NCBI RefSeq assembly: GCF_001194135.2
Contig: NC_068988.1
Location: 39,984,715-40,022,527, forward strand
DNA: 37,813 nucleotides
Direction of reading: 5' to 3'
Source: Octopus bimaculoides
Lineage: Eukaryota
A program made the position numbers and the translations under genes. The notes beneath the pieces were generated by a model. That model worked only from the letters and a program-made list of their open reading frames with translations. It made no database searches and had not been told where the DNA came from. Every line of letters starts with the position of its first letter. Positions within the stretch are counted from its first letter, which is position 1. Of the stretch, positions 12,148 to 25,385 are shown one piece after another.

Positions 12148-14287
12148 ATATTGATATATATATATTATGGGCACATACGTAAACTCGTCGTTAAGTGCAG
12201 TCTCTGAATTTAGGTTTCAATACCAAGTTTAAGTTTTTTTGTTATAGCTACAAAGTTAATATCCTGAAAACGGACAAGAATGATGTAAGTTCTCATTTAC
12301 CCGTTTAAGTAATGTCTCCTGCATTGTCATGGAGACCTCGATATTGCTTGCATTTGATATCAAATATGTCTACACTGCTTCTCATTTAAGGAATAGTTAT
12401 AATTGATCATATCAATCGATACTTGACTATGCTTATTTACCGATTAAACGAGTATAATAAGTAAAGCTGATTTCAGTTGGATAGTAACTTATAATGGCTG
12501 AACATCATGTTGGTTAAATCTTTGATTTGATTTTGATTCTTGTTTCATTCTGTCATTATGAAATTGTAGTATTAATGCCTCCTGGAAACGTATGAACGTT
12601 ACAAAAAGTTATTTCCGCAAAATTACAAACCTTGTAACTGGTCAAGTACCTATTTTTGGTTTCTAACTTAACATTCATTTTTAAAACAAGATGAAATTGT
12701 TCCTGAAGGGAAATTTACCAAATTTCAGTGTGGACTTCTGCTAGTTATCGTTCTGATTTGTAAAGGCAGGTGGTTGTAGCAGCGCATTATGAAGTGCAGA
12801 GAACAAGATGAGACAAGTAAGTCATCTTGGTCATCTAGTTTACACGTCTTCTGAACCAGTCGTCTTATCACTGGATTGAAGATAGTCACGGACGAGATAA
12901 TGAGTTTGACAGTTTGCAAATTTTCTTCACTTTAAACGAAGTTACTCTGCAAGTTATCGGACTTGTGATTTAAAGAAAATTTCATTCTTCCTAATTCTTT
13001 TGTTGCTCCTATCCATATAAAGCCTAAATGGTATTTTGTATTTGCTAATGTTATTTTGAGTTGCCTCTCCACTCAGTAAAGTTGAAATACAAGTCACCTC
13101 CACAATGATTTGAACGCATAATTTAAAGGATTAAAATGGGAAATTCCATAGCCATAATTGCCATTATATTAAATTTTATCTGTTAAACGCGAAGCTGCTG
13201 AGATTGTGAAACGTGATAATTAAGAGAATTTATTGAGAGACTATCGCAAAATTTAAATAATAGATTTATAAACGTTTCTTTCAAATGTTATTTGTCAATA
13301 AGGTATTAGCGTAATTTTCTTTCAGAAATAATTTTGTTAGTGTACAAATAGTCTCTATTTAAATCCAATGTTTGCTTATAATAACCAGTATCTGATATCA
13401 ATGCTGCCGCCCAAGAAAGAACAAGATTTTTCTCAATCTCCAGCTAAAGAAATTAGGCCTGACCATGATATATAATTAGCGGCTACCAGTCGATCACGTT
13501 TTTCTTTTCAGTGACAATTCTTTTTTTCTTTTTTGACTGATTTCTCTTGCTGATACAAATATTCTAAAGTGATAAATTGCTAACATTTCATTTTGTTTTA
13601 TTTATATATATATAACATTCAATCGTATTTTCTCGAATTTTTCTTCTTTCTTCCACTCTCTGTCACTATCGATGTATGTCACCGTATCTGTTGCAATTTT
13701 GCTTTATGGGTTACGTGGTCTTATACCGTCTTTCAAATGACTACAGAAAATGACAAGGACACCAATACTCAAAGCTGCAAGTAATTCCTACAATCAAAAT
13801 ATTTACTTGTGTTTTCTGTTTCCTTATATAGATTATGATTTATTGGGACGCTAACAACCTTTCTAACTTCAAGTGGTATTGGTTTTGTGTTGAGTTAACG
13901 CAGTTTTTAACAAAAAGTGAACTATTTATATGCATATATTCTGACAGCACTCTAGCACGGCCACCACTTTTAGGCTGGAATACATAAAAGCATATAATTA
14001 TTGATATTGTTGATATTCAACAAAACGTCCGGCTTGCAGATGTCAACGAGTTCCATTATATGATCTAAGTAGTCGTTCAGCAAAAACAAAAAGTGTGAAT
14101 ATGCATAACGAGATTAAAAGTTTTCTAGCGATGATCATCCATTTGTATACGTTGTATATGCATAGAAGATGGTAGTAAACAATATGTACCTTTTTGAGAT
14201 TAGTGTTGGGGTTAGTGTCAGGAATATTTAAATCTATTTCTGACACGTTGACGCACTCATACACAAACACATATATAAAAGATACCC

Positions 14288-14820
<533 letters not shown>

Positions 14821-15444
14821 AGAGAGGTGTGATAGACATATAGATAGATAGATAAACAGTTGATATAGATAGTTGCATATGCATGTATATATATATATAC
14901 GTACATCCATATATCACGTGATCATTGAGAGGACAAACTATTGTAAGTCCGGCCTCTGACTTCCCGGTGGAGAGATTAAGTCAGAAGACGGATTTACAGT
15001 AATGTTTATATGCACCCACTATTGCTTGCATATCCTTGACATGTTTTACATTCCATCCGCAAATATTAAAAGCCATTGCGCAATTCCGAACCCAGAGAAA
15101 CAACTATCGTGCCCAGAATGCCATGTCCCTTCCCTAAGTTTTCTGTATTTCATGTACTCCATAGGTCTGTAACTATATAAATATTTATATATCTATACAT
15201 GAATGTTCATCTGAATATTTCCTGCATTTGTGTCTCTTTATATAAATCCCTGTATATATTTACACGTACGTATGCATGTATATTTTATATGTCAAATCTA
15301 AGCGTGTGTATTTGATTATTTGCATTACATCATCTTTAACCAGCGATCATATTACCCGATAACGACTTCGGAGTGTAAGTTCAAATCATCTGAACACTGG
15401 TACATGCTTTCTATACTGAGCATTTCTGGGTCTCCTTTGTTGAT

Positions 15445-15570
15445 TCTCCCGCCCTCTCTACCTCTCTCCTTCTCTCTCTCTCTCCTTCTCTCTCTCTCCC
15501 TTCTCTCTCTCTCCTTCTCTCTCTCTTTCTCTCTATCTCTCCTTCTCTCTCCCCCTCTCTCTCTCCACAG
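15445..15570. repeat. Imperfect (CT)n polypyrimidine tract
   Basis: Directly visible. Confidence 0.92.
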
Positions 15571-15624
15571 CCACCCACACACAAACACACTTGCATATAT
15601 ATTTTATATCATCTTTAGATGGAT

Positions 15625-15952
15625 AAAGATCCCCTTCGGTCATGAATGAAGTGGGATCGCACTTAAAAGGTTTCCCTCCAAAGTACAAGTCCAGGCAAGT
15701 TTTTTTTTATGGAAGAGCAGTAATCGCCTATGCACAGCAGTCTCCGCTCTCCACGCTACCGATGCTATCCAAGGCAAAGGCCAATATAGTTTGACACCAA
15801 TGACGTCGCAACTTATTTCTATATCTGAGTGAACTGGAGTAACGTGAAATAAAGTGTCTTGCTCAAGAACACAACACACAGCTTGGTCCTGCAATCCAAC
15901 TTACTACCTTATGATTGTGAACCAGATTATAATGTGCTGAGCCATGCGTCTT
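15625..15952 (-). mobile_element. tRNA-derived SINE, family B
   Basis: Reverse-complement homologue of 34492-34822. Contains GTGTCTTGCTCAAGAACACAAC on the plus strand, resembling the CORE-SINE motif. Confidence 0.85.
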
Positions 15953-16464
15953 ATAGAAAGAAAGGTAGAAAGATAGATACACGTGATATCATTTTCTAAA
16001 TATAATTCGGAAATATGATCATAAAATTAACAAATACGTTTAGTACATAGCTCTAGACCTATACTGAGATATAATATTCTTGTAAAAACGTGTTTCCAAA
16101 TTAAAAAATGATGTCTTGTAGACAATATAAATATCTAAAGATTTGTCTAAATTAAAAACAGTCATGTTTTTCTATCAACTAAAACGTTTATCATATTTTC
16201 CTTTCGATTTCCATTAAAATTGTTGGCATACAATGTGGAGTGGAAAAAGTGATAAAACCTCTTATTTATACAGTATAATTGGTCTTTTAATTTTTCTATC
16301 AGTCTCAACACATCTTTCTGGTTTGGTTTATTTTTTCTTATTCCGGTATTTTTTCTGCAACTTATTTCCGTTTCTGTCTTTTTTTTTTGATTGGTGACTT
16401 CTTTTTCTTTTTGCTATTTTCATCATTTTGCCTTTTCTTGTTTCCCTTCCATACTTTTGAAATC

Positions 16465-16551
16465 CTTCTTCTTCTTCTTCTTCTTCTTCTTCTTCTTCTT
16501 CTTCTTCTTCTTCTTCTTCTTCTTCTTCTTCTTCTTCTTCTTCTTCTTCTC
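16465..16551. repeat. Perfect (CTT)n tract, ~29 units
   Basis: Directly visible. Confidence 0.98.
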
Positions 16552-16599
16552 AATATTGTATCACTGTAATCATTAGCATATTTTATGCGCTGTCTTTTC

Positions 16600-16644
<45 letters not shown>

Positions 16645-17429
16645 GTCTCTGTTTAATGTATATATATCGATTGGGGAAAAAAAGCATTTTGCAAAATGTT
16701 GATAGAAAAATATAGCTAGGTCCACAGAATAATATTTATACTATCTCCAGATATTTTCACAAGCTAAAATATTGTTGTACAATTGTATAATTGGAAAGCC
16801 GGTTTCAAAATTAATAAAAAGTAGCATCTTTGCATTTCACTGAAGTAATTAAATAACACAATAATAGTGAAGCTTATTGATTTCAAACTGAAAACGAAAC
16901 AGAATCACATTTTCATACAGTTGATTATTTTACTTTTTTCTGCTCGGGTGTTCATCACAGTAACGTTAATACTACACAGTAAACATAACATAACACTAGA
17001 GGTGATAGATAAATCTTGAATTTAAGCGACAAAATGGACGGGAGCAATGAATCTATTATGGACGCGATCAATGAACCAGCTGGCAAGCGCAGTTCAATCT
17101 GTGTAGTACAAATGTTGTCTAGAACAGAACAAAAAGTAGATATAATCTCATTTAAATACGACTATAGTGGATGATTCAGCTCCACTAGTATTTCATGTTT
17201 GTCACTCCCTTTCAAACCGACAAGAAAATGTATGATTGCATTTTAATTATGTTTAAAATAGCCAGTTACTTCACCTAGATTAGTTATTTGCTATGAATAT
17301 TATTCTGAAAATATCTTATGATCCACTGTTTGCTTTCGCACGAATATTTTTTGAAGCATTTTATATTAAAATTGTAATCGTTGATATTTTCTTTTTGATA
17401 CCAAGCATGTATGCATGTGCACTTGTGTG

Positions 17430-17431
17430 CT

Positions 17432-17465
<34 letters not shown>

Positions 17466-17580
17466 CATACACAAATATATATAGACTCCACACACGCACG
17501 CACGCTCACACACACACACACACATGCACAAACACGCACACACACACACATACGCACACACACACGTATACATTTACATT
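17430..17580. repeat. (TG)n followed by (CA)n compound microsatellite
   Basis: Directly visible. Confidence 0.92.
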
Positions 17581-17882
17581 TATATGGTTTGAACAAAATA
17601 ATAGAAATAGGATCTTTTGAATTTCATTCAGAGTGTGTCTTGCTTAGGTATCAATCATAGCTATAATACGTCATTGAATTTACTCTTACAGCTTCTCAAC
17701 GGTTACTGCAATAAAAACTGCTTTAGCACTTTCAGTGTAACAATCGCACTTAATTTGCTAGTCAAAAATCCATAATTAATGTTCGATTATATTGTGATCC
17801 GGTGATTGTGGCAACCGATCCAAGTGGTCTATGGAAGCGTATTTTGTACCAGTTTGAATAACATTAGCATTGCAAATCTCCC

Positions 17883-18410
17883 TTACATACCACTGTATTG
17901 CATGTACCATTCGATGAGCATGAACAGCCAAAATATTAGATTATGAATATCGTTAACTCTGCTGTATAGAACAAATAAAAGGACAGTCCGTGACATGGTG
18001 CCAAAATCAGCGGAGATCCACCTCCACACTACACTGTAGGAATCAAACAGTTTATCATTTGTAGACACTCAACTGTAACCACTCGAATGGAGCGCATGAC
18101 GAACTACTTGGTTCACACCGAGCTGGGAATGTGATAGCCTAGCTCTGCAGTCACTTTTTCTGCTGTTTCTCGATAGTGTTTAGACATAATATGCTTCAAT
18201 ACCCGGCGACCTCTCACATGGAGCTTTGCTTTTTGTCGAGAATTATGCTTGGTAAAGTTTATTTTATCTCGCTGTTGGAGTGCTAACCTGATTTTAGATA
18301 ATTTATCTCCCGAAACATTGAACTTTTCAATAGTTTCTGTGACTGAAGTTCCAAACATCCATGCCTCAACAATTTGACTTCTTTCGAGATAAGAGATCTC
18401 ATCCATTTTA
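17883..18410 (-). mobile_element. Tc1-like (Tc1/mariner) transposase remnant with internal deletion
   Basis: ORF 18113-18406 (LERSQIVEAWMFGTSVTET...KHNSRQKAKL..RGRRVLKHI...TAEKVTAEL..H) matches the Tc1 N-terminal HTH region. It continues after a stop/frameshift as VRHALHSSGY, then jumps to SVVWRWISA and ILAVHAHRMV, resembling the Tc1 SVMVWGCIS and ILxDQVHPMV segments. The first catalytic-D segment is missing and no TIRs were identified. Confidence 0.82.
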
Positions 18411-18919
18411 GCATATTCAAATCTGAGGATCTGCGGAAAATGATGTGACAGGGCTACATCAGTAACTTACAAGGCATTCATAATTCATATGAACACATAT
18501 ACACATACGAGAACTGTCCTGCATTTCTTATATTCACAGTAGAACAGTTAAACGAAAGTGCCATTTCCCTTATATTCCGCAATCTCTGTATGTAAGCATA
18601 ATTTATAATAGTATCATACGCACATTCACACACACACATACACACATTTATAATGAACCCATATATATTTTACATATTATAAATATGTATATATTTATTT
18701 ATGCGTAAAAATACATAGAAACATACGTTTATATTTATGAATATATTGTCAAGTAACTTACGATTTTTGTATTGATTAAATGGGAATAATTTTTTAAAAT
18801 TTGTTCAGATTATATTGAAAGAACAGAAAATTAAAATATACAGGGGGAAGTAATATTCATGGACGTAATATTCATAGCGAGATCGGAAATGAATAAATAT
18901 ATTTAATACAGATATACAC

Positions 18920-19145
18920 ACGCATACTTACACAGAGATATGCATTCATATCTACATACACACACATACACACACACATATATATATGTATATATATATA
19001 TGTGTGTGTGTATATATATGTGTATATACATATGTATATACATATGTGTATGTACATGTATATAGATATATATGTGTGTATATACATATATATATGTGTG
19101 TGTGTATGTGTGTGTGTACATATATTATACATAGATATGTGTATA
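18920..19145. repeat. Degenerate TA/TG/CA compound microsatellite
   Basis: Directly visible. Confidence 0.92.
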
Positions 19146-19284
19146 GAGGTGCTTCTTGGCAATATTTTAAATATTTATCATTGAAGTCACAAACGATTAG
19201 TTATACATTTACAAGCAAATCTCTTCGGGCTGTGTGAAATTCATATTCTATTTGATAAATGTGTATTTATATGCATACGGATAT

Positions 19285-19320
<36 letters not shown>

Positions 19321-19380
19321 CCACACATAAACACACNNNNNNNNNNATATATATATATATATATATATATAATAAAGGGT

Positions 19381-20131
19381 ATAATTAATTAATTAATTAA
19401 TAATCAATAATTTTACCAAGTAGTTCGGTACGTTAAAATAACCTTAATTGGTAACCTTATACAAAGATTCTATAATTATAATTGGGGTTGAGCAAATTGC
19501 TTCACGACATACTGAAATTTAGAAATAGCAGTTAAATACTATTCCTCTACCATAAGATATATCCCATTCAGCAATACTCTCAATTCACGTAGGTTAGGAG
19601 AAAAAGTAGCAAATCCACCCGGTTATGATCAACTACATACCCGTTTCTGGATTAAAGAGGTGTAAAATTTTATTTTTACTCACTTATTTCCGCCTTCATT
19701 GTAGAATATCAATTGTAAATTTGAGAGTACTAATAATTAAATACATATTCGATCAAGCGTCATTGAGTAGCTAATATCCAAAACCAACGCTTCCGGATTT
19801 ATAGAGACGAGTGAATACTCGCATTTCCCCCTAATCACCCAAGTGTGTTACAACTAATCCTGTAGAAACAACAGTTTACTATGAGGGAGTGAATTATATT
19901 TTCAATAATAATAAAAAGTAAAATTAATTAGTTAATTAATTAATTAATTAATTAATTAATAATCAATAATTTTACCCAGTAGTTCGGTATGTTAAAATAA
20001 CCTTTATCGGTAACCTTATACAAAAATTCGATAATTATAAGCATAATTATAATTGAGGAATAGTAGTTAACTGCTATTGCTAAATTTCCGTATGTGTTGA
20101 AGCAATTTACTGAAACCTAATTATAATTATA
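19381..20131. repeat. Compound direct plus inverted duplication (A-B...A'-B'inv)
   Basis: 19381-19483 matches 19940-20040 directly. 19471-19547 matches the reverse complement of 20055-20131. Confidence 0.85.
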
Positions 20132-20931
20132 ATTATGTTTATAATCATAGGATTTTTGTATATATATGTATATATAAAGGAAACTTGCATGTGAAGACAA
20201 TCTCCGTAAAAGACGAAAGCAGTAAATATATTGAGAATTTATATTTATCGCCATCTAAGCATGGATATTCACAATGAACAGATGATACTCCTCCACTCGT
20301 GGGTTACTCCGTTCACTCTGCACTTGATATATATTGCAAGCACTGAGAAAATTCCCAACTATTCCTGCTTTTGTGACTACAAATTCGTGCGGTTTTTACT
20401 TAATTCTGGTCATCTTTAGTGATGCATCCTCGTCTGTTAGACAGAGCGTTAGTTCACTCCAGCTTGCAATATGTAGCATTAGTGAGATACATTCAGTGAT
20501 CTTGCAACAAACGAACTAACTCATGCATAAAATCTCCTATAAGAGACAAAAAAGTATCAACACTAAGAAGTAATATCCATCGCCATCTAAACAGAAGATA
20601 CTGCTTTTTTAGCCCCATGAGAACACCTCATCCAGCTAGTTACGCAGAGCCTTCTCGTATGTGCCTGAATACCCATAGCATGTGTGTGTACGTGTGTGTG
20701 TGTGTGTGTGTGTGTGTGNNNNNNNNNNGTGTGTGTGTGTGTGTGCGTGCGTGCATGTGTGCGTGTGTATGCATCTATACGTGTATTTATATTTGAGAAA
20801 CATTTGATGGCTATAAAATAATAACAATGAAAGATATACTAGTTTATTAGTTTCATGCTCAAGAATTAAAAGGTGAAATCTAATTCCCATTGTGTGCTCA
20901 AACCTACCTCAGTGATAAAAGAAGGGAAGGC

Positions 20932-21426
20932 TTAAAAGACGATACGATGTGGTAGTTTCCCACATAGCATGTGGTTAATGACCAGAATCGAGGAGGTGAG
21001 AACATGTAGAGATGGGATACATATTCTTGAAAATGAGATGTCGAGGAACGGCAGTGCAGTCTGAGCAGAATGAAAGAGTGTTAGGTAGAATGTTCCGCAA
21101 ATAGGAAGTGGTTTGATAGAAAGAGTGAGAGTGAGAGAGACAGAGAGAGTAGTTGCTGTGATATAATCGGGTAAGAAGGACTCTGACACATGTCTCAGCG
21201 TTCCTCCTTCTTTTCTCCCCTGAGTACGGTAGGGTACACTTACGTTAGCTAAATATGATAGAATTTCTATGTGTACAGGAGCAAATAATACTGCGTATAC
21301 AGACAGGAGATAAAACGACAGGAGATAAATGAATATGCGTGAATATACAAGTGTGGGCAAAGGAGAATTTGATTTGGGTATGAAGAAGAAAGGAATTTTG
21401 TGTGGTAATCTTATCTTAATGAACAA
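20932..21426 (-). mobile_element. Possible older PLE reverse-transcriptase relic
   Basis: 164-aa ORF on a pyrimidine-rich strand, as for the 9.7 kb PLE. Contains LPFLDIS plus weak matches IPFFFIPK and LFAPVH...SY. Motif spacing implies deletions. Confidence 0.3.
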
Positions 21427-21653
21427 TTAAAGACAAAAAAGAAGAGACGAATCTAGCGTGACTGTGAGTGGGAGATGTTTCGGTTAGATTTAAGCAGTAC
21501 CATGTGCGCTCTACTCAAAACAGGCTTTAATGAGTTGCTTTTGTTGTAAAGTGAAAAACTAATCCTGAAATTCCAAAAAAGAATTCATGTAACCATGGGG
21601 ACAGTTTGATTTCTTTAGGAAAACTTCTATTTACCCAATATTTAACTGTTTTT

Positions 21654-21845
21654 AGTAAAGTCTATTTGCCAACGCAACGTGCCAGTCCTATGTAGGATCA
21701 CTGTACTATTTTTTAGCCCCAGAAAACATATTTTCCAGCTGACTACGGACACAGGATCTGTGTCCGTATACTGTGAGCAAGGGAACCTACTACTTCCTTT
21801 CTAGCCGTAAGGATATCAGTAGACCAGTGGTTTCTGCGTAATTTC
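21654..21845. repeat. Copy 1 of a ~192-nt tandemly duplicated unit
   Basis: About 85% identical to 22005-22197 by manual alignment (~29 differences including one 1-nt indel). Confidence 0.95.
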
Positions 21846-22004
21846 CCTTCGTTGGTCCTGGACAATCACCGGCTAGAGATACCAACCACTCGCTCTTCCT
21901 CACAGTATATACTGTTAAAGCGACACATAGATGCTGATCTCGTAAAGAGAAAAACAACTAATTTAAAATCTGTAAGCGAGAAATATTTACTAACAGTATT
22001 GTAC

Positions 22005-22197
22005 AGTAAAGTATATTTGCCAACGCAAAGTGGCAGTCCTACGTAGGATCATGTTACTACTTTTGAGCCCCAGGAAAACATCTTTTCCGGCTGGATAACG
22101 ACATATGATCTGCGTCCGTATACTGTGAGCAAGGGAACCTACTACTCCCTCTTTAGCCGTAGTGCTACCAGTAGACCAATGGTTTCTAGGTAATTTC
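22005..22197. repeat. Copy 2 of the ~192-nt duplicated unit
   Basis: Shares a 33-nt invariant block GTCCGTATACTGTGAGCAAGGGAACCTACTACT with copy 1. Confidence 0.95.
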
Positions 22198-22597
22198 ACT
22201 TAAATTTTTAATATTTTTGTTTTGCATGAGAGGAAAGATGGGGAGTGAAGTTTCAGACGGTAATCGAGTGTCTGCTACAGATGATTAGCTTTACGAAAGA
22301 ACGAATAATTACTACCAATATTCTGTTAAACCAGAATGAAAATCATATAAACCAAAATTAATTCTGATTTGAACAGAACATATGAGGTAGAATTTGAAAT
22401 CTGTGCGACTCCTGAACAATATAGATCTACTAGGACAATATCAATCAGACACGGACGTATGGTAGCCATATCGATACGCATAGATACGCGTGCACATACG
22501 TATATGCGCATGCATATTTACGTCTCAATAGCAAAATGCAATCACATCAGGCTTTACATGTTTTACAGGCATACATTATTCAATACCTCATCACACA

Positions 22598-22677
22598 GCA
22601 AATAAACGTAATAAAGAAATATTGATTATTGTATATAGATATTCAATATGAAACGTTACCTATTGACAAACGTATTT

Positions 22678-22741
<64 letters not shown>

Positions 22742-22859
22742 TTATCTATCTATCAACAAATATGTGTNNNNNNNNNNNNNNNNNNNNNNNNNNNNNNNNN
22801 NNNNNNNNNNNNNNNNNNNNNNNNNNNNNNNNNNNNNNNNNNNNNNNNNNNNNNNNNNN

Positions 22860-22906
<47 letters not shown>

Positions 22907-22987
22907 GTAATATAAGTGCATTATTATAACTTATCATATTGAATATCAACATTGAATAATCAATATTCCTTTATTACGTTTATTTGC
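22598..22987. repeat. 54-bp inverted repeats flanking (TATC)n/gap/(TA)n
   Basis: 22598-22651 matches the reverse complement of 22934-22987 at 49/54 positions. Confidence 0.85.
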
Positions 22988-23782
22988 AGCTTAACAAAAC
23001 AATCGATAATGTATTATTGTGAAACACATTAAGCTTCAAGCGGTTAAATATTACTTAGATGCTGATTTCTACATATACTTATATCTATATAACCCCCAGC
23101 CACACACATCGATCTATATCTCTATGCATGGTTGTGTACGTTTGTGTAGTTCTCTGTGGATATGAATGTTAGTAAAACCAGTACTTCCTCAACGTTCATT
23201 CTTCTATGTCTATGAATTATATTTATTTGTTTCTCCTAGCGTAATCTTAAATCTGACACAATTCATAATCATAACTGATTGAGATTTACAATAATGTAAG
23301 TCAAGCTGAAACGACCTGAAACTCGAAACAGAAACACTGATATATATTGATATTATATTGACATTATATTGACTGCAAATCATTAAATTTATAGTAATTT
23401 TTCCAGAATTTTACATTGCTATATCATACGATAAATGTTTTATTTGTTTCGAACCTATATAGCAATGTAAACAATAAAAGTATCTTTCAGTTTGTTTAAA
23501 AGTGTATTCGAACGTATAATGAAGAAAGTATTCTACATATAGAGTATATGAAATAAAATTTCTATATTACTAAACTACAAATAAAAAATATGTTACATGA
23601 AACACGCTACAAGAGAATGTTATACACACGAAATTGTATTTCGTGAAACATTAATTGTGAAAGTATTAAATCACTAATCTACTGGTGACTAATAACCAGC
23701 TCTTAATGTTAAATTATGTCGTCAATTTGATGGTTGTGTTTGCAGTCACTTCACTTCTATTGTCATATTTTTACAAATATAT

Positions 23783-23838
23783 TTTACTCTTTTACCTTTT
23801 ACTTGATTCAGTCATTAGACTGCGGCCATGCTGGAGCA
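23783..23838 (-). mobile_element. Probable SINE 3'-terminal fragment
   Basis: TTTTACTTGATTCAGTCATTAGACTGCGGCCATGCTGGAGCA resembles a recalled octopus repeat terminus. There is no second copy in the window to confirm it. Confidence 0.4.
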
Positions 23839-25385
23839 ACATGAATATTTCTTTTATTTGCAAAAGTACGATTAACTGTATTTGCGGGATATTAACTATC
23901 AAAATGTATACTATAAGCTACAATTTAGTATTTCAACCATACCCTTCTTAGTAATCTGGTACAACTTTAGGATTGGCACAAGTGTAACGTGTGTTTGTAG
24001 GTATGGATTAAATTCGTGGCACTATTTAAATGCATGATATATATGCACTATCCGACTGTAAATGTATAGGATGTTTGTATTATGTATATGGATGGCGTGT
24101 TTGTATGGAAGTATACATGTTTAGCTCAATTTACGATTACCAGGCAAATAAGTGGATATTTTGCCTAAGCAGTATTATTGCACTTATTGCAATGGAAAGA
24201 CATAAAACGAGGATGAAAATTGTCTTCAAATTGCTTGTTTCTTCAGAAGCTACCGTTTCTTTTTCACTGTTCTTGTTTCAGTTGTTGATCTGCATAGGAA
24301 AATTAGAAATTAAATTTTGTGGTATATCTTCAGAATCTGTTCCCATTTAAATTAATCATGAGCAACATTAAAAATCAACGACAAATTTATGGCGAAACAT
24401 ATTAACAAAACTACAATGTGAGCGTCAGTAATCCTTAGCAAAATAAAAATAAATTGGCAACAAATAACAGAAAAATGAATTAAGCAAGGCGTTTAGTATA
24501 AGCTATTGACAGTTTAGAGCAGATAAAGTGAAGTGGAAATGATTGCAATTAGCAAATATTGCTTCTCCTTGCAAAGCTTTTCATGTTTTACCATATACAA
24601 AAGCGTGTAATAGAATATGGAAATTTAGATTAACTGACAACGAAATACACGCGCAGCTTTTAATAGCGTACAAAGCGTTTATTCATTATTCATAACCGTT
24701 TCATATAAGCTTCAAATAAATTTTCTCTCTCTCTCTTTTCCCCACTAAATTTCCCTCTCTCTTTCTTGTTCTTTGTCACTCACACATACATAATGTGCAC
24801 AGGCAACTACTTTAAAATTGCTATGGATGTGTGCACATTCTTAAAGGTGATGATATCGACAAGCTTTATACAAATGTTTCTTTAATGATTTGTTGCATGA
24901 TTTTTTTTTATCGGTCTGTGATCAATTTTCAGAATCAATCGGAACTGACAAGCCAACTTGACATTTGAAACAGATTATCATGGTTGCCTTTTATCAGTTG
25001 AAATTCAAACTTTGTTTTCGTTATGAGGGTTATAAAATTCATTCTTTGTGCCCCGACGCAACACTTGTCATCTCTATTTAAATCACTAAGGAAAACAAAT
25101 GACTGTTACTTCAATGAATAGATGAATGAAAATCCTTACAAATATTTTCAATGCTGGACTTTTTACTGGGAATTACAGAGGAGATAAGGTTTCTGCAGCG
25201 AGTGATAATATTCCACTTTTATTTCTCAGTGATTATAGCCACTTATATACATAGATACTGTTTTGAGGGCTTGTGGCAATAACAATCTCAGAGTAAGGAT
25301 TTATAATTCACTCATACAAGACTTAACTCTCGGATGAAAACTTAGTGTGCTTTAAAATATATATTTAACATTTCTCTTAGTTTGA

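Noticed and set aside
12729-12816. Exon-like segment (TTTCAG|...|GTAAGT) with CGLLLVIVLICKG
   Set aside because: Stops occur in all three frames between the splice sites. At most a UTR exon, and unsupported.
14960-15172. Plus frame containing EKQLSCPECH (zinc-finger-like)
   Set aside because: No downstream HxxxH and no convincing acceptor.
17029-17169. Short ORF MDGSNESIMDAINEPAGKRSSIC...
   Set aside because: Only 46 aa, with no strong donor and no recognisable homology.
18839-18875. TA-CAGGGGG plus duplicated GTAATATTCAT as a Tc1 TIR
   Set aside because: No matching inverted copy was found on the other side of the transposase remnant.
21778-21794. AGGGAACC-NN-CTACT similarity to the complement of a recalled 28S rRNA segment
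   Set aside because: 13/15 matches are expected by chance against several kb of rRNA, and there are no C/D boxes.
22020-22064. WQSYVGSCYYF resembling a C-type lectin start
   Set aside because: Immediately followed by a stop, and not preserved in copy 1.
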